Made by a program: the position numbers and the translations under genes
DNA from: Mytilus edulis
Taxonomy: Eukaryota
Length of the DNA: 64,000 bases
NCBI RefSeq assembly: GCF_963676685.1
Contig: NC_092344.1
Location: 111,600,001-111,664,000, forward strand
Reading direction: 5' to 3'
Notes under the pieces: generated by a model
What the model was told of the DNA's origin: nothing
Databases searched by the model: none
Seen by the model: only the letters and a program-made list of their open reading frames with translations
Shown: piece after piece, positions 1-10,182 of the stretch
Numbering within the stretch: the first letter of the stretch is position 1
Layout: every line of letters starts with the position of its first letter

Positions 1-1860
1 CCTTCCTTAGTTACAGCCACTTTGTCGTGTTCTATTTTATAGAGCATAGTTAGCCTAACGTCTTTTCGCCTTTTTTCCGGAGATGGCCATTCCAGGTGCT
101 CAATCATTTTGCTGACACTTGAGTGGTTATGGTGTTTGTTGGAAACGTATCTTGCTGCTCTTCTCTGGACCATTTCTAAACGATCTATTTCCGTTTTAAA
201 GTATGGGTCCCATACTGGACTTGCATACTCTATTATTGGTCTTGCGAGGCTTTTGTATGCATTTTCTTTTACTGAAGTTGCTCCTATGTTTAAATTTCTC
301 TTAAGGAAGCCTATTGTCCTATTGGCTTTGTTACATATATTATTGATATGATCATTCCACTTCAGTTCGGATGTGAAGGTGCAACCAAGGTATTTAGCAC
401 TTTTGACAGGTTCCAGTTTGTGGCCATGCAATGTGTAAGATTTTGGAATGGTGTTGTTTTTGCGGCTGATGGTGAGAACATTGCATTTGTCCGGATGGGA
501 GGACATTTTCCATTTGTCTTCCCATGTTCCCAGTTTGTCGAGGTCGCTTTGAAGGTCATTTGAATCTTTGTCAGATGAGATGGTAAGATATGCTATTGTA
601 TCATCAGCAAATAGGCGGACAGTGGATTTGATCCCATCTGGCATGTCGTTGATGTAGAACAGGAATAATGCAGGACCAAGGACAGAGCCTTGGGGAACTC
701 CAGATTCTACATCAATATGTGATGAGCACTCTCCATCCACTACCACTGCTTGCGTTCGATGGGATAGGAAGCTGGCTATCCATCTATTGGTTTTACCACT
801 GATGCCGTAATGTTCTAGTTTGTGTACTAGGAGACTGTGACCGACTTTGTCAAATGCCTTTAAGAAATCCATTATAAGAACATCTGTCTGTTTACCTGCA
901 CTCATATTTTTAGTGATGTCATCCACGATTTCGATTAGTTGGGTTTCACACGAGCGTTTAGTACGGAAACCATGTTGTAATGGATAGAGGATTTGATGTT
1001 GATCAGCATGTTTCATGATGTGGCTTGTAACTATATGCTCTATTAGTTTGCAGCAGATACAAGTTAGAGAAATTGGTCTATAGTTTTCTGCTTTATATCT
1101 TTCTCCTTTCTTGAATACTGGTGTTACGTTCGCATTTCTCCAATCATTTGGTACTTCCCCAGTTTCTATTGATGTTTTGAAAATGATTGTAAGGATTGGG
1201 GCTATTTCTGTGGCCAGTTCGTTGAGAAGTTGAGGTTTGATATTATCTGGTCCAGCTGCTTTATTTGGATTTATTTTTTGCAGGAGTTTGAGTATACCAT
1301 TTTCTGTGATGTTGAGTTCCTCTGCTTTGGGAAATTGACCTGGCATATTGCATCTGGATTTAAACTCGTGTTCATTATATGTGTCCTTGGTGGAAAAGGC
1401 AGATTGAAATTGCTTGTTTAGAATAGTAGCTTGGTCTATAGGGTGGGTATGTAGTATACCTTCACTGCGAAGTGGAGCAACTCCATTGCTTTCTGTTTTT
1501 TGATGTTTGATGTATGTCCAGAACCGTTTCATACTACTATATTGGTTGTTTTCCTCCTTAGGTGTTACGATGTTCTCAATGTAGTTCCAGTATGAACAAC
1601 GGAGCTCTCTTTGTACCATTCTCTTTGTTTCTTTAAGTTTGGATTTTATTGAAGGAACAGCTGACTTTTTATGTTTTTTGTACAATCTGTCACGGCGTTT
1701 TATTAGTTTGCGTACTGATGGTGTGAGCCAAGGCAAGCTGTCTTTCTGTTTTGCCATTTTGTGTGGGATGTGATTTGTCACACTCTGGTTTAAGTTGGTC
1801 TTAAAGATTAACCATAGTTCCTCAGTTGAACTGCCGTTTGCCGCTAGTTCCTTGATCTTT
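1..1860 (-). mobile_element. Non-LTR retrotransposon (CR1/L2 group) ORF2 reverse transcriptase region, 5'-truncated, running off the window start
   Basis: Minus-strand translation gives NKAAGPDNI, NYRPISLTCICCK, QHGFR, MDFLKAFDKV, GVPQGSVLGPALFLFYINDMP and RLFADDT. The frame appears open in the parts checked. It is probably missing from the ORF track because no stop falls inside the window. Confidence 0.9.
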
Positions 1861-3319
1861 AACCTTATTGATGAAAGTTTGATCCATTTACAATGTCGAA
1901 ACTTACCACATATAATTTTTAACTTAAGTTTAAGTTGTTTGTGAGTATCAATAAAACGTATAAATTAATCCGCACAATTGATCAAACTTTCATCAATAAG
2001 GTTAAAGGTCAATGTTCAAAAGTTTTAATCTTTAGAAACAAAACCGGACAAAACTGTACACTTTCCGTAATCATGAAACAATAGAGTTTGTAAAATGTTT
2101 GTAATAACCATGAACTGTAAAACTAACAAACTATCTATAAATATGAATTCACTGCATAAATTCCCTGGTTATCCAGTGACTAATTCACAGGGATACTCGG
2201 CCAACTGCTGTAGGTCGAGTTATTTGTCATAACAGCAAAGAAAAGTGCAATAAAGATATTATTTTATAAAAAAAAAAAAAAAAAAAAAAAAATTCTATCT
2301 GTTTCGGCTTGAGGGCAATCACGGAATAAAAAAAGAATCCGAAAAATCAGTTACATATAGATAAATCAAATCGTAGTTCAAAAAGTTTCTCTCTATATAT
2401 GTAGTTGAACAATACATGCACCGACAATCGACTAAGTTGTGCGCTTGTTCTGTAAGTTTTTATGGCACTGTTGTTTTGGCTATTAGAAACGACGTCAGGT
2501 TGCCGCCGTAAGAAATTTAATGCGTGCGACATCTTTTTCACCAATTTTCAAACATTTTTTTCTCGAAAAGTACGAATGCTATGGAGATCAATATAGATAT
2601 TTTGAAAAGACTAGAAAAATACTACAACTGTAAGCAACGTTTTTGCAAAAAATGAACGTGTGACATTTTATTCACCAAATTTAAAAATTTAGGATCTTTT
2701 TTGTTTTTGTGTTTGACCGATTTTGCGTTTGAAATTAATTAATTACAGAAAAACAACATTATACTAGCTATATCATTTTCTCACCTGATGTCATCATTTA
2801 TACGTATTTTTAACTGTTTTCGTTAAAGTAGCTTCGAAAATGAAGATGGGATACAATGAAACTTTGCAGATTTGGCTGGCGTAACAGAATAAGACGCCAT
2901 TAGCCTTCAAACAAACATATCATAATGTTCATGGCAATTCGCGGCAAAAAGGAAAAAATAATGAAAATCGGCAAAAAGAAAGTCGAAAAGAAGGCTTATC
3001 CTTCAGTTTTCGTCGTCAAATTTTACCCGAGACAGCCCATTATTTTTCAAAATCCATAATCAAATGCATAACAACTCGAACAAATGCGTTCTATTATGTT
3101 TTGATGTAGATAATTGAACAAGGATATTCATATCAAGCACAATGATATCTTTGTTTTTATTAAAAAAACGTTTTTTTTCTGCACCTGCAGCACAGTTTTA
3201 CCCATAAAACATACAAAAAACGTAAACGTACGAACATCGCACGTAACGTCATAGATATTGAAATGATTGCTTATTTATTTAATTATTTACAAGATTGATC
3301 GTTTATATAAATATATAGA

Positions 3320-3840
3320 GATTAATACATGGCCTTTTCCATATCAGCCTGGGTATCATCCCGAGACCCCCATATCAGCCCGAGACGGAGTCGAGGTGCT
3401 GATATGGGTCGAGGGATGATACCCAGGCTGATATGGAAAAGGCCATGTATTAATCGCTTTATTATATACTTAGTAGTAAATACAGATAAATTGTATGTGT
3501 AATACAATCATTGGCAAGCGTGCTGTATCAGCCACCCGTGATGATATCGATATCAGCACGGTTGCAAAAGCTTTATCACACCTTTAATCTGTATGACGTC
3601 ACGTCATCGATTGCAGTCACTGTTCAAAGGCTTTCAAATCCCTAATCTGTATGACGTCATGTTACATAAAAAAACATCTACATGAGGTATATGTATATAA
3701 TAAAGTGTATATGATATGGCTTTTTCAATATCACACACCATATCAACCCTCAACCAATATAATCCCTCGAGCAGAGCTCTTGGGATTATATTGGTGTCTC
3801 GGGTTGATACGGATGCGATATTGAAAAAGCCATATGATAT
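3320..3840. repeat. Element with two related long hairpins (3320-3455 and 3714-3835)
   Basis: GATTAATACATGGCCTTTTCCATATCAGCCTGGGTATCATCCC is inverted at about 3413-3455. The second hairpin is ATATGGCTTTTTCAATATC...GATATTGAAAAAGCCATAT. TAATCTGTATGACGTCA occurs twice in the spacer. Confidence 0.7.
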
Positions 3841-3988
3841 TCTCTATTTATCATATACTTCCGACAATAGTTTTATGTAAGGCAAATAAACAAATGCAAT
3901 AACTAAAACAGTCAAAAACTGTATAAAGAAGTTAAATTATGAATCAAATATACTATAATTGTCCAACAACAGCATCACTACCTCCATA

Positions 3989-4225
3989 GTGGGTCTCGTT
4001 GGGGTCTAAGCGTGACGCGGGATTGCCGATTGTTTATAAGCGTGAAACGTGAAAGTCGAATTATTGTGCCGTGAAAACGGGAACTGAAGTCTAGCGGGAC
4101 ACGGGAAATTACAAAAAAAAAAAAAAAAATGAAAATTGCTTACGTACATAGCGTAAGCGGGATACAGGAATCTGACAAAACAGTAAGCAGGACCCGGGAT
4201 CAAAACCCCCCAAAGAGATGCCCTC
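3989..4225. mobile_element. MITE-like non-autonomous element with imperfect TIRs
   Basis: GGGTCTCGTTGGGG at the left end and CCCCAAAGAGATGCCC at the right end, with internal GCGTGA/GCGGGA motifs. Confidence 0.5.
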
Positions 4226-5302
4226 AATATATATGTATGGTAACTTTTCCTATAGGGGCATTTTGAAACATTTAAAATTATTACTCCCTGTTTGTTGTAC
4301 TATAAAAAACTATCGATACCAGAAACACCGGAAGTAACTTGCACGAGAAGCACTGTTATGGGTTTTTGCACGAGACGCCCCTGATATGGGTTATCAGTCC
4401 GGGTGGGAAATTATGGCTTGTGTACTTCCGCTCATTACACATATGCAAAAGCTATCATATCAATGCTAAGTATATGATAAACAGTGTTAATTTCCATTGT
4501 TTAACGCGAGCGTACATTTTATAAATGATTTTAAAATTGAATGAAAACTATGGTTCCTTATTTGTGCATTGTGATTAAAAAATCGTTACAGTATGTATAA
4601 TTACTTTCATTTGTTTCCAACTCTGTCTTGTATTGTTCTGGTCGTACTATTATTCTATTTCATGACTGCATCATGTGTTTCTATCAGTTAACCATAGTGC
4701 TATCACATGGTATGGTTAGAAATTAATGGTAAACCCTAGTTTTTTAAGTGTTTTAAGGTCTTATCTTACCGTTTTAATTTATTGACATAACTGCACGACC
4801 CGATTTTCAATTAACAGAGGTAAGATAATCGTTGCAAAGAATCCTGCTCAAACTTTTGTGAAAGACGGTTTTTAACTTTGAAATGTTGCGAGAGTTTATG
4901 TTCTATGTTGAAGGCATGTTTAGTGACCTGCAATACAAGTACTGTTCCATTGAGCTTAGTTATATGTCTTCTGATGCTGTTCCTGACCCATGTTTTCTGT
5001 ATTTGGCATGTGTAGTGCATCTTGACATAAGACATTGTAAAAACTATGTTAATTGGACATGCTTTGATACTATATATGCCCTTGAATTTTTACTAGATAA
5101 CATTTTTGTTCGCTTTGGGGATTCCGTATATCGTCAGATTATCGGAATTCCAATGGGGACTAACTGTGCACCACTTATTGCGGACCTGTTTTTGTATTGT
5201 TATGAGTTACAATTTATGACAAAAATAAGCAAAGACCCATCGAAACAACATCTGATAAACAAATTTAATTTATTTCTAAAAAAACAGTTGTTGGCATGAC
5301 AC

Positions 5303-5397
5303 GGGTTATGTTCTTCTCATATATTTTATGATAGTATGATACTAAACCCCTAACGGGAGGGATTGTACCTGATATTCATATGATGAAGACATAATCT
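5303..5397 (+). promoter_or_regulatory. Type II SECIS element (copy 1)
   Basis: AUGA (5328-5331) / UGAU (5370-5373) core, about 11-bp helix II, apical AAA followed by the CCC-CUAAC-GGG mini-stem, and lower helix GGGUUAUGU..UCAUAU / AUAUGA..ACAUAAUCU. Confidence 0.75.
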
Positions 5398-5578
5398 TTC
5401 AATCAGTTTAATTGAGGTCTGGAGCTGGCATGTCAGTTAACTGCTAGTAGTCTGTTGTTATTTATGTATTATTGTCATTTTATTTATTTTCTTTTGTTAC
5501 ATCTTTTGACATCAGACTCGGACTTCTCTTGAACTGAATTTTAATGTGCGTATTGTTATTCTTTTACTTTTCTACATT

Positions 5579-5669
5579 GGCTAGAGGTATAGGGGGAGGG
5601 TTGAGATCTCATAAACATGTTTAACCCCGCCGCAATTTTGCGCCTGTCCCAAGTCAGGAGCCTCTGGCC
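5579..5669 (+). ncRNA. Circularly permuted (P5-type) twister ribozyme, copy 1; predicted cleavage U5622/A5623
   Basis: GGCUAGAGGU(P5) AUA GGGG(P2) GAGGG [P1 region] U^AA CCCC(P2) GCC GCA-AUUU-UGC(P3) G CCUG-UCCCAAGU-CAGG(P4/L4) A GCCUCUGGCC(P5). This matches the twister core element by element. Confidence 0.85.
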
Positions 5670-5770
5670 TTTGTTAGTCTTGTATGATTTTAATTTTTTG
5701 TTTCTTGTGTATAATTCGGAGTTTAGTATGACGTCCATTATCACTGTACTATTATGCATATTTTAGGGGC

Positions 5771-5838
5771 CAGCTGAAGGACACCTACGGGTGCGGGAAT
5801 TCTCGCTACATTGAAGACCCATTGGTTGCCTTCGGCTG
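5771..5838 (+). ncRNA. Conserved multi-branch RNA structure of unknown function in the PLE 3' tail
   Basis: Closing stem CAGCUGAAGG/CCUUCGGCUG, a CACC-UACG-GGUG hairpin, a CGGG-AAUU-CUCG hairpin, UUGAAG, and an ACC-CAUU-GGU hairpin. Confidence 0.55.
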
Positions 5839-6606
5839 TTGTTTGCTCTATGGTCGGGTGGTTGTCGCTTTGACATATTCACCATTTCCTTTCTCAATTT
5901 TATTAATAATACTTTTAGATATTTGGATGATATTTTGGCTCTCAATAATGACGACTTCAGTATGTATATTAATGAAATTTATCCTGTTGAACTTACTTTA
6001 AATAAAGCTAATACTAACAATGACCACTGCCCTTTTCTCGATCTTGATATATATATCACTAATGGAAAGCTGAATACTAAAATTTATGATAAAAGGGATG
6101 ATTTTTCATTTCCTATCGTTAATTATCCGTTTTTAGATGGTGACGTTCCCTTGTCACCATCTTACGGTGTTTATATATCTCAACTTGTACGATTCGCTCG
6201 TGTATGTAACAATGTTTTAGATTTTAACGAGAGAAATTTATGTATTACTGAAAAATTATTACACCAGGGTTTTCGATATCACAAACTAGTCAAAACATTT
6301 ACTAAATTTTATCATCGGTATAAAGACATCATTCGTAAATATAGCTCAACATGCAGACTTCTAATACGTTCAGGTATTTCACATCCAATTTTTTATGGAA
6401 ATATTCTTTATAAAGCACAAAGGTGTCAGTATTCACCTCAGAAACTTACAAAACCTTTGAATAGACTTATTAAGAAAGGATATAATTACGATACTGTTGT
6501 CAAGTCATTAAAGATTGCATATTTTGGCGTTAATATTGAGTCACTGATAAGGTCTTTGCATCGGAACTAAACACATTTATTCTAAAAACAGTTCTTGGCA
6601 TGACAC

Positions 6607-6701
6607 GGGTTATGTTCTTCTCATATATGTTATGATGGTATGATACTAAACCCCTAACGGGAAGGATTGTGCCTGATGTTCATATGATGAAATCATAATC
6701 T
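6607..6701 (+). promoter_or_regulatory. Type II SECIS element (copy 2), about 35 nt after the PLE stop codon
   Basis: AUGA at 6632-6635, helix II GGUAUGAUACU/AGGAUUGUGCC, apical AAA plus mini-stem, then UGAU. Differences from copy 1 mostly preserve pairing. Confidence 0.78.
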
Positions 6702-6881
6702 TTCAGTCAGTTTAATTGAAGTCTGGAGCTGCATGTCAGTTAACTGTTAGTAGTCTGTTGTTATTTATGTATTATTGTCATTTTGTTTATTTTCTTTGGT
6801 TACATCTTCTGACATCAGACTCGGACTTCTCTTGAACTGAATTTTAATGTGCGTATTGTTATGCGTTTACTTTCCTACATT

Positions 6882-6972
6882 GGTTAGAGGTATAAGGGGA
6901 GGGTTGAGATCTCACAAACATGTTTAACCCCGCCGCATTTTTGCGCCTGTCCCAAGTCAGGAGCCTCTGGCC
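6882..6972 (+). ncRNA. P5-type twister ribozyme, copy 2 (one P2 mismatch)
   Basis: GGUUAGAGGU AUA AGGG GAGGG UUGAGAUCUCACAAACAUGUU U^AA CCCC GCC GCAUUUUUGC G CCUG UCCCAAGU CAGG A GCCUCUGGCC. Confidence 0.8.
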
Positions 6973-8990
6973 TTTGTTAGTCTTGTATTATTTTAATTTT
7001 AGTTTCTTGTGTACAATTTGGAAATTAGTATGGCGTTCATTATCACTGGACTAGTATATATTTGTTTAGGGGCCAGCTGAGGGACGCCTCCGGGTGCGGT
7101 AATTTCTCGCTAAATTGAAGACCTGTTGGTGAACCTCTGCTGTTGTTTTTTATTTGGTCGGGTTGTTGTCTCTTTGACACATTCCCCATTTCCATTCTCA
7201 ATTTTACTGTGATGAACTTTCGTACAGGACTGCTTTGTGTATTTTTGACATGGAAGTCTTGACCAGACTATGACTTTTTGACTCTTGACCTATGTACTTT
7301 GGGTGTGTCATCATGATACAGTGTGTTCCTTGGTTTATTACCCTGACATAAAAGTATAATTCTAAATTGACCTTGCTTCTGAATTTTTAGCATGAAGATG
7401 TACTGTTATAAGATGGTGAGTCTTGTGGCACGAGAAACTTCATATGAGCTTTACCTTTGCCCTCATTGTACAACTTGTATATTTTGTTTGAATTATATGG
7501 AGAATTGTCTGATTGCACTCATACCACATATTCATCTATATTAGATATATAGATATATTTGTTAGTTTTGTGTACAACGATGACCCTTTCCTCAACATCC
7601 GCTTTGTGATTTTTTTAGTCATGGAACTCTTGACCAGTCTATGACTTTTTGACTCTTGACCTATGCATATTGGGTGTGCCTCTTGGTATGATTACCTTGA
7701 AAAAGTCAGGAGTCTCTGGTTTATGTTAGTCTTGTGTGTTTTTAATTGTAAGTTCGGTTTTATGTATTGGAGTTTGAACTAGTACACATTTTGTTTAGGG
7801 GCCTTTTGAAGTCCGCCGGCGGGCGAGGAATTTTCTCACTTTGTTAAAAAGCCATTGGTGGCCTTCGACTGCTTTTTGCTCTTTTGTCATGTTACTGTCT
7901 CTTTAACACATTCCACATTTCCATTCTCAATTTTTGAATTGAAGAATGTTTTGATCAAATAAAAACTAAATCTTTTAATTGCCGTGGAAAATTAGAGAGA
8001 ACATTTACTGCTTCAATAGCACCATGTGCTGCTAGTTGTGATAGATATTTTAAAATGTTTCAATCATTTACCTTGGATTTCATTTCATGGACATGCGGAT
8101 ATGGATAGTTTGTTTAAACATCTTAAAAAATCACACAGAAGGTATACGCATATCAATAAACTGAACTCAGTGCAAAGAACCTTTAACATAGAGCTCAATT
8201 TATTGAAACACTTCGTTATGCTGGTCACTGTCTGTTACCAAACTGAACCGCAATCCTAAAAAAAATATGCAAGTGAATTCTATTAGAAGTAGAATTCAAA
8301 GGAAGTAAATAAACTGTTTATACTGAAATAAATATACAATATGTCTATGAGCCACAGATGCCACCGCTTGTGAAAAAAACCCACAAGTAAACTTCCACAT
8401 ATAGATGCAGGATTCACGTAATTTTTACTGTTTTGTGACCATAAGCATTGTGTATAAGTTTCAAAACATTTGGTTGAGGCAAACTAAAAAAAAACCCTAC
8501 TAGTATACATATTTTTTAAGGGGCCAGCTGAAGGACGCCTACGGGTGCGGGAGTTTCTCGCTACATTGAAGACCCATTGGTGGCCTTCGGCTGTTGTCTG
8601 CTCTATGGTCGGGTTGTTGTCGCTTTGGCACATTCCCCATGTCCTTTCTCAATTTTAAAGTTAAAGAACAGAAACAACAGATTTAGCATTTTTCCTATCT
8701 TAAGGCTCCGTGTTGATGTTTGTATCATTAGTACTCGTACCAACTTCTTATATCTAATAACTCATGAACAGTAACACCACCCAATATCAAACTTGATAGA
8801 TCTGTGTTATGAGGTAATAAGCATTACATATAAGGTTTATAACATATTTGATTGAGTCAAACTTATTAAAAAGAACGAAAACGAAAAATTCAGCATTTTC
8901 TATGTTTTTAAAGGAACATGATAACTTAATATGAACGGTAAAAGTGACGCTACCAAATATCAATTTTATTTTTATGTGGAAATAAGCATT

Positions 8991-10182
8991 GTCCCAGGTT
9001 AGGGAGATGATGGAGACCCCGCTAACATGTTCAACCCCGCCTTATTCAGTATGCATGTGTCTGTCGCAAGTCAGGAGCCTATAAATATGTATTTCTTTTC
9101 TCGTTTGAATTTCGTTTTTTTCTATGTTTTGATGTTATAATATTGTTTCACAAAAAAGCGAGAACGTTTGGTACCATTAAAACGTGTAATCCCTCTGCAA
9201 ATGTTTGCACCTGTCCTAAGTCAGGAATCTGATGTACATTAGTTGTCGTTTGTTTATGTAATTTATACGTGTTTCTCGTTTCTCGTTTTTGTCGAGCCTG
9301 CAACTTTTGTTGCAGAAAGCTCGACATAGGGATAGTGATCCGGCGGCGGCGGCGGCGGCGGCGTTAGCTAATTTCTTTAAAGCTTTATATTTTAGAAGGT
9401 GGAAGACCTGGATGCTTCATACTTTGTATATAGATGCCTCATGTTACGAAGTTTCCGTCAGCAAAAGCTTTATACATAGGACTATCAACATAATATCAAT
9501 GATTAGTAAAGAAGGCGAGACATTTCAGCGTGTGCACTCTTGTTTTTATATAGATTAGACCGTTGGTTTTTCCCGTTTGAATAGTTTTACACCTCTAGTA
9601 ATTTTGGGGCCCTTTATAGTTTGTTGTTCGGTATACGCCAATGCTCCGTGTTGAACGCTGTACATTGACCTATAATGGTTTACTTTTATGAATTGTTATT
9701 TGGATGGAGAGTTGTCTCATTGGCACTCAAACCACATCTTCCTATATCTATTTGCTCATTATTGAAGGCCGTATGGTGACATATAGTTGTTAATTTCTGT
9801 GTCATCTGGTCTCTTGTGGAGAGTTCTCTTTGGCACCCATGCCACATTAGTTGGAGGGCGGAGATCCCGCTAGCATGTTTAACCCGCCTCATTCTGTTTG
9901 AATGTGCCTGTCCCAAGTCAGGAGACTGTAATTCATGAATTGTCGTTTGTTTATGTGTTACATATTTGTTTTTGATCATTTATTGTACATAAATTTGTCC
10001 GTTTCTTTTCTCGTTTGAATTGTTTTACATTATCATTTCGGTGCCTTTTATAGCTGACTATGCGGTATGGACTTTGCTCATTGTTGAAGGCCGTAAGTTG
10101 ACTTATAGCTGTTAATTTCTGTGTGATCTAGTCTTTTGTGAAGATTTCTTATTGGCTCTCATGTCACATCTTCTTTTTTATT
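8991..10182 (+). mobile_element. Stack of PLE 3' tails from different families with three decayed twister motifs (about 8995-9080, 9157-9232, 9853-9928)
   Basis: CTGTCGCAAGTCAGG, CCTGTCCTAAGTCAGG and CCTGTCCCAAGTCAGG (P4/L4), each preceded by a YAA-YCC-type segment. Tails end in GTTGTCTCATTGGCA...CCACATCTTC-like sequence. Confidence 0.75.
9286..9543 (+). mobile_element. Short HINE (Helentron-associated non-autonomous element) nested in a PLE tail
   Basis: 5' TTTTTGTCGAGC...GCTCGACA inverted repeat, (GGC)n microsatellite, 3' AGGCGAGACA sub-terminal repeat plus short hairpin, inserted in a T run. Confidence 0.65.

Larger units (their letters stand above)
5270..5902 (+). mobile_element. Nested 3' tail of PLE subfamily B inserted into the RT of the subfamily A copy
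   Basis: Near-identical to about 37454-38086 and different from 6575-7206. TTAAT is duplicated at 5265-5269 and 5903-5907. The RT frame (INKFN|NTFRYLDD) resumes exactly after the insert. Confidence 0.88.
5039..7206 (+). mobile_element. Penelope-like element (Naiad-type, subfamily A), 5'-truncated: RT C-terminal half plus 3' terminal region, interrupted by a nested tail at 5270-5902
   Basis: QIIGIPMGTNCAPLIADLFLY, FRYLDDIL, CPFLDL, YDKRDDF and YGVYISQLVRF. Stop at 6570. Near-identical to 63523-64000. Confidence 0.92.

Noticed and set aside
5765-5838. HDV-like or hammerhead identity for the multi-branch motif
   Set aside because: There is no partner strand for GGGGCC in the required position and no catalytic C in a J4/2 equivalent. 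UUGAAGA is not followed by GAAA.
9289-9558. 89-aa ORF with poly-Ala, and the other short ORFs in the track
   Set aside because: The poly-Ala comes from the (GGC)n microsatellite of a HINE. The other short ORFs are antisense shadows or repeat-derived and show no recognisable domains.
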